DNA of 64,000 bases. Source: a virus (Duplodnaviria > Caudoviricetes). Every line of letters starts with the position of its first letter. Position 1 is the stretch's first letter. Positions 47,753 to 56,257 of this stretch are shown here, in pieces. The translations under genes were made by a program, and so were the position numbers. Location: the IMG/VR virus record IMGVR_UViG_3300032295_003763, positions 96,001 to 160,000 of that record; one strand, written 5' to 3'. The notes beneath the pieces are model-generated. The model did no database searches. It had not been told where the DNA came from and was given only the letters and a program-made list of their open reading frames with translations.

Positions 47753-47793
47753 AGTAATAAAAAGGCAAATTTTATTTTCTTGGGTATTTTTAT

Positions 47794-49956
47794 TTATCTC
47801 AATCGTTCTACCGAAAACTGAAGTGGATTAGTAGAAATACAAATAACTTCAAACATTGGTTTACCATTTGCATCTTCGAATTCTCCCGATGCTATACTTG
47901 TAATTTGAATAGAGTACGGAGCAGTCAATTTCGATACATTTTGAGCATCTGTTAATACGAAAAATCTAAAAATTCCAAAAGTATTATCAACATCTACACC
48001 CGCCCCACCAAAAGAAACTTTTAAGCTTTGGCCAACTTTCCATTTATTTAGAGTATCATCAACAAATAAGACTATATTTCTATCAGAATTTAAGATATTT
48101 ACTGTATCAATTCTTAAGTAATTATTTGCTGGCTGTAAAGGATGTGTATAATTCCAAGAATCCGCACCCTTGAACCAGTCTTGTTCCATTATGGTTATAG
48201 GTTTATTTGTAAGATTATACGATCCAAATGTATTCCTTAGTCTTACTCTATTTACAATACTTCTATCTACTTCAATACCATCAACTTTTGGTTCAGTATA
48301 TAAAATATCAGCATTATATGAAACTGATATAGGAGTATTATTATTTATTAGATCTTGAAACTGTTGATAGTTTCTATCAATCAATTCAATAATAGCCCCT
48401 GTATCCTTTATTAAAGCATCTGATGCCTGTAAAGAATTTTCAACAGCTGTTAATCTTGCTTGTATTTCTTCTTCAACTGTGCTATTTATTAAAGATTGTT
48501 CTACATCTTCTACTCTTGTCTTTAAATTACTAAGTTCAAAAACAGCAGTTTCTAAATTGCGAGATGCTCTAACCATTTCATTCATGGCTCCAACATACAC
48601 TTCTAATGAAAATGTAGAATAATCATTAACCGATGTTTCGATCGCTGCATCTTCTGTATTTACATCAAATCTAAAACGAACTGCAATGTTATATGAAGTA
48701 CCATTAGTACCTAAAATTGAATCAGGTTTGATTTTAGATAATGTAGGTATTTTACCACCACCATCGTCAGTTGGATCAACATTATCTAAGAATAAAACAC
48801 CAAATAAATTAGTCTCTGCTTGATCTGGGAATCCCTTTGGGAAGGTTTCATAATAAACTAAGACAGCATTAAATTCAAAACTGCTAGAAGCCTCAGTTGC
48901 ATTAAATTGATGCCAAGAATTTATTCTTGAATCTTGGACAGCACCTAAATATGAATTTAGGTCAAAATCAACCATAATACCATCAAGGCGCGATCTTAGA
49001 TATGTAACTGGTGTAAATTTACCAGTTTGTATATTTACACCTGTTATACGGAGCTTATCATTTCTCCAATCGTCAAATCGTACTGGCTCAGAAAAATATG
49101 AATTTGCTTGTGGACTAGGGAACCAATATCCACTCTCCCAAGTATCAGTCGTTTCATTATATTTTTCTAATGTATAATCAGTATTACTATAGGATCCAGT
49201 ATCAGAGTCAAAATAACCCAAAAAGTTCAATCCAAATGGATGAGTATCATTAGGACCTCTACCAACGATATACTCATTCTTCAATGGATCCGTTGGAGTA
49301 TTTTGAATATACATATCTGGGAAATAGTTTTCATCCGATACGGATTTAAACATTACAACTGGTGTATTACCATCTTTTGTGGGTATATGACAAAAGAATT
49401 CTGTAAATGTATTTGCAGTATGTCTTACAGAATTAACAACATCAATTTCGCCAATATACTTTACTACTCTACTATAATCAATCCCACCAGTAGTTGTACC
49501 ATCAGATTCATCTTCTTCAACAAATCTTTGCCCAGTTACTAAATTTGATACTTCCGATGTATTAGCTTCTCTAAATCTTAAAGCACCTATTTCTTTCATC
49601 CATTTCCAAAATAATCTTTCAGAAACAGTTCTATTGCTTATCTGGTTATAATCTTCTTTTGATGTAAGAAGCGTTTCAAAATTTAATAGATAGTTTTGAA
49701 AAGATTCTGATAAATATCTATTCCAATCGCTACCAGTTACCTGTAAATATGCCCCTGGGATAGTATCTAATTGAATTGTATTTGAATCAGCTGTATTATC
49801 TAAAATTTTTGGTATGTTCAATAATACATATTTACTAAAACGCATAGTTCTCGAATCATCTCCATATGCAAAAGACATATCTTCTGCAGTAGAAGGCATT
49901 ATATAAAATGTACCACCTTGCGTTTTAATCGGTTTAATAAATGGAGTAACTGCCAT
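47794..49956 (-). CDS. Putative virion structural protein (possible fibre anchor) with a coiled coil
   Basis: 720 aa; heads the fibre cluster; late-type promoter; FEFNAVLVYY..NLFGVLFLD. Confidence 0.55.
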   Translation of the reverse strand: MAVTPFIKPIKTQGGTFYIMPSTAEDMSFAYGDDSRTMRFSKYVLLNIPKILDNTADSNTIQLDTIPGAYLQVTGSDWNRYLSESFQNYLLNFETLLTSKEDYNQISNRTVSERLFWKWMKEIGALRFREANTSEVSNLVTGQRFVEEDESDGTTTGGIDYSRVVKYIGEIDVVNSVRHTANTFTEFFCHIPTKDGNTPVVMFKSVSDENYFPDMYIQNTPTDPLKNEYIVGRGPNDTHPFGLNFLGYFDSDTGSYSNTDYTLEKYNETTDTWESGYWFPSPQANSYFSEPVRFDDWRNDKLRITGVNIQTGKFTPVTYLRSRLDGIMVDFDLNSYLGAVQDSRINSWHQFNATEASSSFEFNAVLVYYETFPKGFPDQAETNLFGVLFLDNVDPTDDGGGKIPTLSKIKPDSILGTNGTSYNIAVRFRFDVNTEDAAIETSVNDYSTFSLEVYVGAMNEMVRASRNLETAVFELSNLKTRVEDVEQSLINSTVEEEIQARLTAVENSLQASDALIKDTGAIIELIDRNYQQFQDLINNNTPISVSYNADILYTEPKVDGIEVDRSIVNRVRLRNTFGSYNLTNKPITIMEQDWFKGADSWNYTHPLQPANNYLRIDTVNILNSDRNIVLFVDDTLNKWKVGQSLKVSFGGAGVDVDNTFGIFRFFVLTDAQNVSKLTAPYSIQITSIASGEFEDANGKPMFEVICISTNPLQFSVERLR

Positions 49957-49996
49957 GGTTTCTTTGTATTTAAGTAAATTAATTTATGATATACAC

Positions 49997-50004
49997 TATA
50001 TATC
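49997..50004 (-). promoter_or_regulatory. GATATATA putative late promoter
   Basis: 40 nt upstream of 49956. Confidence 0.7.
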
Positions 50005-50024
50005 AAAAATAAAAATTAAGTATT

Positions 50025-50050
50025 AAAAAAGCCTCAGTTAGAGGCTTTTT
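50025..50050 (-). terminator. Terminator at the end of the topoisomerase operon
   Basis: AAAAAGCCTC/GAGGCTTTTT stem. Confidence 0.75.
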
Positions 50051-50754
50051 AAATCGTGTTCATAAAAATAATCAATTCCACAACATTGAAAATTGCTTTT
50101 TTCATATTTAGTTAAAATGGTTTTGTGCATATGTCCATAAACCCAGAGTTTTGGAGCATAACCATTGTGTTCAATTACTTTTGAATATAATAAATCAAGT
50201 CTCTTTCTTTCATTGATTAGTTCTTGTTCTAATCTAGGATCAAGTGCAATAAAACTTTTTACAATATGATTCAATTCAGTAGGCCAAACAAAAGATGGGC
50301 AATTATGCGTACACACCACATCTATTTTAATATCATCGTCCACAATATCTTTAATATCAGGAATTATGTATGGAAGTTCTTCTCCCTTCCAATATGATAT
50401 TCCAGCTTTTCTATGTACTCTATCAATAGAAATAGCACCACCTACAATCAAAATATTTTTGTTTTCTACATTAATAACTGAAAAATCTTTTAAGAATTTT
50501 ATATTACTATAATCAAAAGGACAATTTTCATAATAATCTGGATTATCATGATTCCCTCTAAACACATACAGCGTATTATTTCGTTCAACTAAATGTTCAT
50601 TTATGGAATTAAGATATTCTTTATCATTATCTAATGGTCTAAATCCTACACCAAAGTCCCCTACTTGAATCATATGGGTATTTTTGTAACTACTTTCCTC
50701 TAGAGTTTTAAGGAAAGTTCTGAAATTACCATGAATATCACCGATAAATATCAT
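50038..50754 (-). CDS. Calcineurin-like metallophosphoesterase
   Basis: GDIHG, QVGDFG, RGNHD, GGA.SIDR, THNCP, YGHMH. Confidence 0.9.
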   Translation of the reverse strand: MIFIGDIHGNFRTFLKTLEESSYKNTHMIQVGDFGVGFRPLDNDKEYLNSINEHLVERNNTLYVFRGNHDNPDYYENCPFDYSNIKFLKDFSVINVENKNILIVGGAISIDRVHRKAGISYWKGEELPYIIPDIKDIVDDDIKIDVVCTHNCPSFVWPTELNHIVKSFIALDPRLEQELINERKRLDLLYSKVIEHNGYAPKLWVYGHMHKTILTKYEKSNFQCCGIDYFYEHDLKSL

Positions 50755-52127
50755 TCTTCAATCTCCAATTCATCTTCAATTTCTTCTTCTGGTCCTTCCC
50801 ATATATTTATACCATTCAATTCTTTAGGTTGTCTAAATTCATCAAAGAGGCTATTAGCTACTTTAATTTTCGCCTTTGTTACAAATTTCAATGATTTCAA
50901 TACTTTTTCTTGTAATTTGACATCTTGATTAAAAGTTTTAAGTCTTTGAGTTTCTTCTTTAATTGAGATTTCTGTTTCTTTTATCGTCTCTGCATTTAGA
51001 GATGATAATCGAATTACATCTAATCTATCAGAAATAGCATTAGGATATTTCTTCAAGAAATCTAAAACTTGTTGTCTGTTTCTTTTAGACTCAAGCATAT
51101 ATTTCAAATATTCAAGCTTTGCTTTTAAAAATTCTAATTCATAAGAAGATTTATCTCTTCTATACATTAACACTTCTAATTTAAGAATTTCAAGATAATC
51201 TTTGAAATCATCCAAGTAATCCTCAATAGTATCATATTCAACTACTGTTTTATCTTTAATGAATACGATTGATTCTTTAACTACAATACGTGTGAACTTT
51301 TCAATTTGTAATTTAAATGAAGCCCAATTTTCTGCGGTATCGGATCTTCCAAATTTTAAGAGAATATCAATATCCTCTTGGGATTCATTGATAAAATCAA
51401 AATCATAATATTCAGACAAATCTCTTACACGATCTATGAATCGTTCATACTTTATAACAGGTGGTAATCCCTTAACCCGTATTGTTCTTTTAGATTCATC
51501 AATCTCTAAATTAGACTCAATAAGCCAAGATGAGTCCATACCTTTAACTTTAGTAATCTTACCTTGAAAACCTTTATATGATGGCTTTAAAGATTTAATT
51601 TTACCAGAAAGATAATCTTTGATTGATGTAGAAGATCTAGGCAGAATAACTGATTTATAACCAACCGCTATACCCATTACTCCAGTAAACATACCTAGTG
51701 GCATACCTACTTTTAAATAATCAATTTCAGAAATCTCCCCCTTATTTAAAAAGGACATTTCCGAAATAAGTTCTAAACTACCTTTACTTAGCTTTACAGA
51801 TGTATATCTTGGTGCTGCTGGATGATCTTTAAAGGGTGTACCAAAGTTACCATCACCTTCTAAAAGACTCTCTGCTACTGAATGAGGCTTTGCTAAACGA
51901 GCAATAGCATTAGCTAGGGAAGCATCGCCATGAGAGTATCCAGATTCAGTCACACTTCCAATCAAACTATTTGTTTTTTGAAATGTTTTAGGTGCACATG
52001 AAAGTATCATTCTTTGTACATTAGTCAAGCAATCATGCCAATCAGGAATACCTCTGTGCTCTAATGTATAAAAAGCATATTCTCTAAAATTTATATCAAT
52101 ATGTTCAGTTATAGTAAGGCGTTCCAT
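50751..52127 (-). CDS. gp52: Type II topoisomerase breakage-reunion subunit (gp52/GyrA-ParC-like)
   Basis: R.IPD..D.L..VQR, Y.HGDASL, G.GNFG, AAPRYT (catalytic Tyr), GIAVGY. Confidence 0.9.
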   Translation of the reverse strand: MERLTITEHIDINFREYAFYTLEHRGIPDWHDCLTNVQRMILSCAPKTFQKTNSLIGSVTESGYSHGDASLANAIARLAKPHSVAESLLEGDGNFGTPFKDHPAAPRYTSVKLSKGSLELISEMSFLNKGEISEIDYLKVGMPLGMFTGVMGIAVGYKSVILPRSSTSIKDYLSGKIKSLKPSYKGFQGKITKVKGMDSSWLIESNLEIDESKRTIRVKGLPPVIKYERFIDRVRDLSEYYDFDFINESQEDIDILLKFGRSDTAENWASFKLQIEKFTRIVVKESIVFIKDKTVVEYDTIEDYLDDFKDYLEILKLEVLMYRRDKSSYELEFLKAKLEYLKYMLESKRNRQQVLDFLKKYPNAISDRLDVIRLSSLNAETIKETEISIKEETQRLKTFNQDVKLQEKVLKSLKFVTKAKIKVANSLFDEFRQPKELNGINIWEGPEEEIEDELEIEE

Positions 52128-53173
52128 TGCTCGTTCTCTCTTTTAAAATAAATAGGTACATAATCTTTTAATTCTTCAGTCTCTTCAGCATTAAACCAGT
52201 ATGACAAATAAAGCATATCACTTGCTAAATCTTCCATACCTTTTAATTTACAAATATCATGTCCAATTTTACAGACATGATAATCTATTTTTTTCAATTT
52301 AATCAAATATAACAGATAACCATATGCAAATTCAAATCCTCTGGTAATTAGGATTGTATGCAATTTATCATATTCATCTTTATATTCTATTTTATATTTT
52401 TCAATAAAATTATCAAGTATTATAGTTCTAATTTTTTCTGAAACATTATCCTTTAATTCACTTTGAGTTTCTTTCAAAAGAAGTTTCCAATTCCTTAAGG
52501 TCTCATTACCGAATTCAGTTAAACTATTAGTACCATCTAATCTATGTTGGATAGTAGCCAAAGTTTGTGGATTATTATGGAATTTAAAAAATTTGGAAGC
52601 TGAAAGTAAGAATCTCCATCCATTTAAAGATTGAATATTTGTAAATTTTACAATATCAATAATATCTCTTGTATGCACAACTGATGATAAATGAATAAAA
52701 GGTTCGGTTAGTAATACTTCTCTATCAAATGATTTAACATTATATGGTATAGATATAAAGTGTTGAACATACTTTTTATCAATATCATGATAAATCTGAT
52801 CTCGTAGATGGTAATTACAATACACTAAATCACAACCTACTCTTTCAAGTTCTTTAACTTGTTCTTCTAAATAAGTATTCGACCACAGATCATCATCATC
52901 TAAATAAGAAATATATGATCCTCTAGAATTTTCTATACCTATATTTCTGGCATATCCAGATCCACAGTTATCTGGAACATCTATTAATCGTACTCTTTCT
53001 TTACATTGAGATAATAGGAAATTTAAATCTGATTCTATATTATACGACTCTTCTTTTACTACAATAACTTCCCAACTTTGATATGTTTGATATATCAAAT
53101 TACTAAAAGAATCTTTAATATGATCTTTTCTTTTCCCATTAGTTGGGTAAATTACACTTACTAGTTTTGGCAT
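52109..53173 (-). CDS. Glycosyltransferase family 2 with a helical C-terminal extension
   Basis: LVSVIYPT, QTY..WEVIVV, ARNIGI..SRG.YI.YLDDDD.W. Confidence 0.85.
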   Translation of the reverse strand: MPKLVSVIYPTNGKRKDHIKDSFSNLIYQTYQSWEVIVVKEESYNIESDLNFLLSQCKERVRLIDVPDNCGSGYARNIGIENSRGSYISYLDDDDLWSNTYLEEQVKELERVGCDLVYCNYHLRDQIYHDIDKKYVQHFISIPYNVKSFDREVLLTEPFIHLSSVVHTRDIIDIVKFTNIQSLNGWRFLLSASKFFKFHNNPQTLATIQHRLDGTNSLTEFGNETLRNWKLLLKETQSELKDNVSEKIRTIILDNFIEKYKIEYKDEYDKLHTILITRGFEFAYGYLLYLIKLKKIDYHVCKIGHDICKLKGMEDLASDMLYLSYWFNAEETEELKDYVPIYFKRENEQWNALL

Positions 53174-53174
53174 T

Positions 53175-54983
53175 TTAATTCACAGGAGTTGATAACCAAA
53201 TCTTTCTATCTTCTACATTCTCACCCATTGCGATTTGAAGTGATTTATTAGCCTTCTTATCAGCAACAATTTTAACAAGATTCATATTTTTATAGACCCA
53301 TTCCCAATCTTGAGAATTCATAGAGCCAAGACCTTTCAAATACCTTACATCTTCAGATTTCTTATTTTTCACAGTTCTATTAAATTCATCTTTAGAATAA
53401 AAATATTTTCTTTTTACGCCTTGTCCAACTCTAACTAGAGGAGATTTTAATATCAATAATTTACCTGATTTAATTACATTTGGAAACCATTTCCAAATAA
53501 AATTAATAAGCAAGGATGATATATGATGCCCATCTGGATCCGCATCAGCAGCAATGATAATTTTTTCCCATTTCAAATCAACTTCTTTCCCTGGTTCTAA
53601 TCCCATTATATGAATCAAATCCAGAACTTCTTTATTGGATGCTAAATCCTTTACAGTCCTTACATTCTTAACTTTACCTTTCAAAGCATATACACCATCA
53701 GTCTGAGGATTTCTACCTTGACAAAGACCACCAGCTGCAGAATGACCTTCACATATAAATAGATTTACTTGCTTTTTAGCAGGGGGCGTATATTTATCAC
53801 TAATTTGGACTTTAGATTGTCTTTTAGCTGAACGAACTTTTCTTAAACTTTCAGCGTCATTTTTCTCTTGAATTAACTTCTTAATTTCTTTGAAATAACG
53901 CCATTTTGATATTTCTCTTTTTACTTTCGGTAGCATTTGCTTTGAAAGTATTTCTTCCATTTCAGATTTAGGAGTTACGAATTTAGTTTTATTTTGATCC
54001 CCAAATCTGACATTCTGAGCAGGCAAGTCAAAAACAACCATCATTTCATAAAAATGATGTGCAGTAGTGCTATCAAATACTTCATTAATAGTATCTCTCA
54101 ATATATTTATATGAGATCCAGTACATAATGCACCATTAATGAACCCCAATGTAGATGAATCTTGAAATGATTTGAATACCCATACATTACCTAATTCATT
54201 TTTTATATGCATAAAATCTTCATGAATTATGGGTGCATTTAAATCCAGTTTTTTACCATCAAAATAAACTTCAAAATTCAAAGTTGATATATCCTTTGAA
54301 ACCTTTATAAGCAAGTTTCTAAGGATCATTTTTGTATAAACTATATCATATTCTGGAGAACAATTCTCAAAGACATTACTTCTAGGTTTAAACCTGATGA
54401 TAGTTCCAGTCTTATTTTTTTTAGTGGCTTTTTTAATTTCTTTATATTCAATTTTGGTAAAATTTACCCATTTTTGCTTATAAATTATTGAACCATTACA
54501 TGTTTCTATCTCTAACCAATCCGAAAGAATAGTACAAAGAGAAACACCCATACCATTCATACCCACTACTGTAGAACCATTCTCTTCATTAAAGAAATTG
54601 CTACCGCTTCTTAATTTGGTTAAGGCTGTTTCAATATTTGTTAAACCTGTTTTGGGGTTTTTCTTTTCACCATCTTTAAACCCTCTACCAGTATCTTCAA
54701 CTTCTATAACCCCTTCCTTTGAATCAAATCTAACTATAACAGATTGCATAGGTTTCTTTTCACGAGCACATCTCTTTGCTTCATCTATAGCATTATCAAT
54801 AACTTCATCAATTATTTTCCAATATGCTATGGAAATAGATCTAAGTTCAGATAAAAAATAACCATCTCTATAAATTGGAATCTTTTCATCGGATTTAGTT
54901 ATAGACCCAACATACAGTGCTGGCCTTTTAAGAACATGTTCATGATCTTCAAATGCAACTATGTCTCTTTCTGATTTTGCCAT
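53175..54983 (-). CDS. gp39: Type II topoisomerase ATPase/TOPRIM subunit (gp39+60 fused, GyrB-like)
   Basis: EHVLKRP..YVGS, EVIDNAIDE, DTGRG, GMNGMG, QNKTK, EGHSA, LKGK, DADPDG.HI, YLKGLG. Confidence 0.93.
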   Translation of the reverse strand: MAKSERDIVAFEDHEHVLKRPALYVGSITKSDEKIPIYRDGYFLSELRSISIAYWKIIDEVIDNAIDEAKRCAREKKPMQSVIVRFDSKEGVIEVEDTGRGFKDGEKKNPKTGLTNIETALTKLRSGSNFFNEENGSTVVGMNGMGVSLCTILSDWLEIETCNGSIIYKQKWVNFTKIEYKEIKKATKKNKTGTIIRFKPRSNVFENCSPEYDIVYTKMILRNLLIKVSKDISTLNFEVYFDGKKLDLNAPIIHEDFMHIKNELGNVWVFKSFQDSSTLGFINGALCTGSHINILRDTINEVFDSTTAHHFYEMMVVFDLPAQNVRFGDQNKTKFVTPKSEMEEILSKQMLPKVKREISKWRYFKEIKKLIQEKNDAESLRKVRSAKRQSKVQISDKYTPPAKKQVNLFICEGHSAAGGLCQGRNPQTDGVYALKGKVKNVRTVKDLASNKEVLDLIHIMGLEPGKEVDLKWEKIIIAADADPDGHHISSLLINFIWKWFPNVIKSGKLLILKSPLVRVGQGVKRKYFYSKDEFNRTVKNKKSEDVRYLKGLGSMNSQDWEWVYKNMNLVKIVADKKANKSLQIAMGENVEDRKIWLSTPVN

Positions 54984-55014
54984 GATTTTAAACTAAAGGA
55001 AATAATTAATAAAG

Positions 55015-55045
55015 CAAAGATAATAAAAACTAATGAATATTCAAA
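55015..55045 (-). promoter_or_regulatory. Bacteroidota-type housekeeping promoter TTTG-N19-TATCTTTG
   Basis: Exact -33/-7 consensus upstream of the topoisomerase operon. Confidence 0.75.
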
Positions 55046-55075
55046 ATATATTTTTAAAAACAAATTTGTTCAAAA

Positions 55076-55109
55076 ATAAAAAGGGAGAGCTCCCTTACTA
55101 GCTCTCCCT
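55076..55109 (-). terminator. Terminator after the tail tube gene
   Basis: AGGGAGAGCT/AGCTCTCCCT stem plus U-tract. Confidence 0.75.
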
Positions 55110-55154
55110 CTAATGAAATACAAGTTATTTGAAAACTTGAATTTAAATTTATTT

Positions 55155-55724
55155 TTACAATGTGATATCTTCCCAGTAGTCAGCTCTAAGTTTAAACCCT
55201 GTTACTTTGAATATATTTTGATTTGTGTAATCTAATGACATCTGAGTAATTGGGCTACTAGGGAAAACACTTGCAAATATCCATGTACGGATAATATCCC
55301 CATTTTTCTTGTACAAATGGATAGTCATAAGAGATTGCTTTGAAGCATATGATAACTTAGGAGTCATTGCGCCAGTTAAAGGATCACGGACTAAGTCACA
55401 CCATCTACGAAGTGCTTTATACACATACATAGAATTATCATTATTAACGTTAACTTCAAAATCTAATTCAACATCAGTATATGTATTAGCTACAATTGAT
55501 CCAGCATATGATCTTTTATGACCTTTGAATGTTTGTTCTGTTGGAGTTGGCATTTGTTCAACATTCAAACCTCTTACTGCAATAACATTTTCAATTATCA
55601 ATTCTTTATCCCATACAGTTACACCTGGAGGTGGAATTAAAGAAACTTGGAACAGATTCAAATACACAGGTTCGAATTGTTCCATACCTGCTTTCGAGTT
55701 TTTATAGTGTGGTAAAAGTCCCAT
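55155..55724 (-). CDS. gp19: Tail tube protein (T4 gp19-like)
   Basis: EPVYLNLF.V, W.DL..DPLTG, Y.K.GD..R.W....FP, F...ADYW; downstream of the sheath gene. Confidence 0.8.
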   Translation of the reverse strand: MGLLPHYKNSKAGMEQFEPVYLNLFQVSLIPPPGVTVWDKELIIENVIAVRGLNVEQMPTPTEQTFKGHKRSYAGSIVANTYTDVELDFEVNVNNDNSMYVYKALRRWCDLVRDPLTGAMTPKLSYASKQSLMTIHLYKKNGDIIRTWIFASVFPSSPITQMSLDYTNQNIFKVTGFKLRADYWEDITL

Positions 55725-55788
55725 TGTTTTCGGGTTCTTATTTTTATCTTTCGTTTTTAAACGATTTTATCGTTTATTCTTCTTTTAC

Positions 55789-55796
55789 TATATATC
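55789..55796 (-). promoter_or_regulatory. GATATATA putative late promoter (tail tube)
   Basis: 64 nt upstream of 55724. Confidence 0.7.
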
Positions 55797-55841
55797 AAAA
55801 TATAAAATTAAAATATTTTTATATTAGATAATAAAGCCTTT

Positions 55842-56216
55842 TTATTCACTAGTGTAGAATCTTCTTGGATTTTTTCCAATAAGAATATTTAAAATCTTAT
55901 CGGGAGTTCCTTTTACATTATCAAGCATACCGCCATCTAAAGTATTTATTTTCAATAAATTACCTTCTAATGAAAAGTCATGCTCAATTTCATTTATCAA
56001 CACTTTTACAATAGGTTTTCCTTTAAGTATCTCTTCTCCTATAATTTGGATTTCAATACCCGCTTCTGATGCTGAACCTGCTATTTCATTCACATATTGT
56101 ATAAGCATTTCTTTATCAGTCGCTATATCTTTATTCAGTGAAGTTGCCTCAATATTATTTGATTCGTATTGAGACAACTTCTTTGAATTATATTCTGAAA
56201 ATGTTAATATTTTCAT
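55842..56216 (-). CDS. Hypothetical protein, putative internal head protein
   Basis: N-terminus MKILTFSEY; lies between the sheath and tube genes. Confidence 0.6.
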   Translation of the reverse strand: MKILTFSEYNSKKLSQYESNNIEATSLNKDIATDKEMLIQYVNEIAGSASEAGIEIQIIGEEILKGKPIVKVLINEIEHDFSLEGNLLKINTLDGGMLDNVKGTPDKILNILIGKNPRRFYTSE

Positions 56217-56257
56217 TGTAGTCCTATTGTAAAGTGGTCGAATTTGACCACTTTATG

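Noticed and set aside
50751-54983. Inteins or introns in topoisomerase, helicase or gp46
   Set aside because: Lengths are normal and I see no splice-junction or LAGLIDADG motifs
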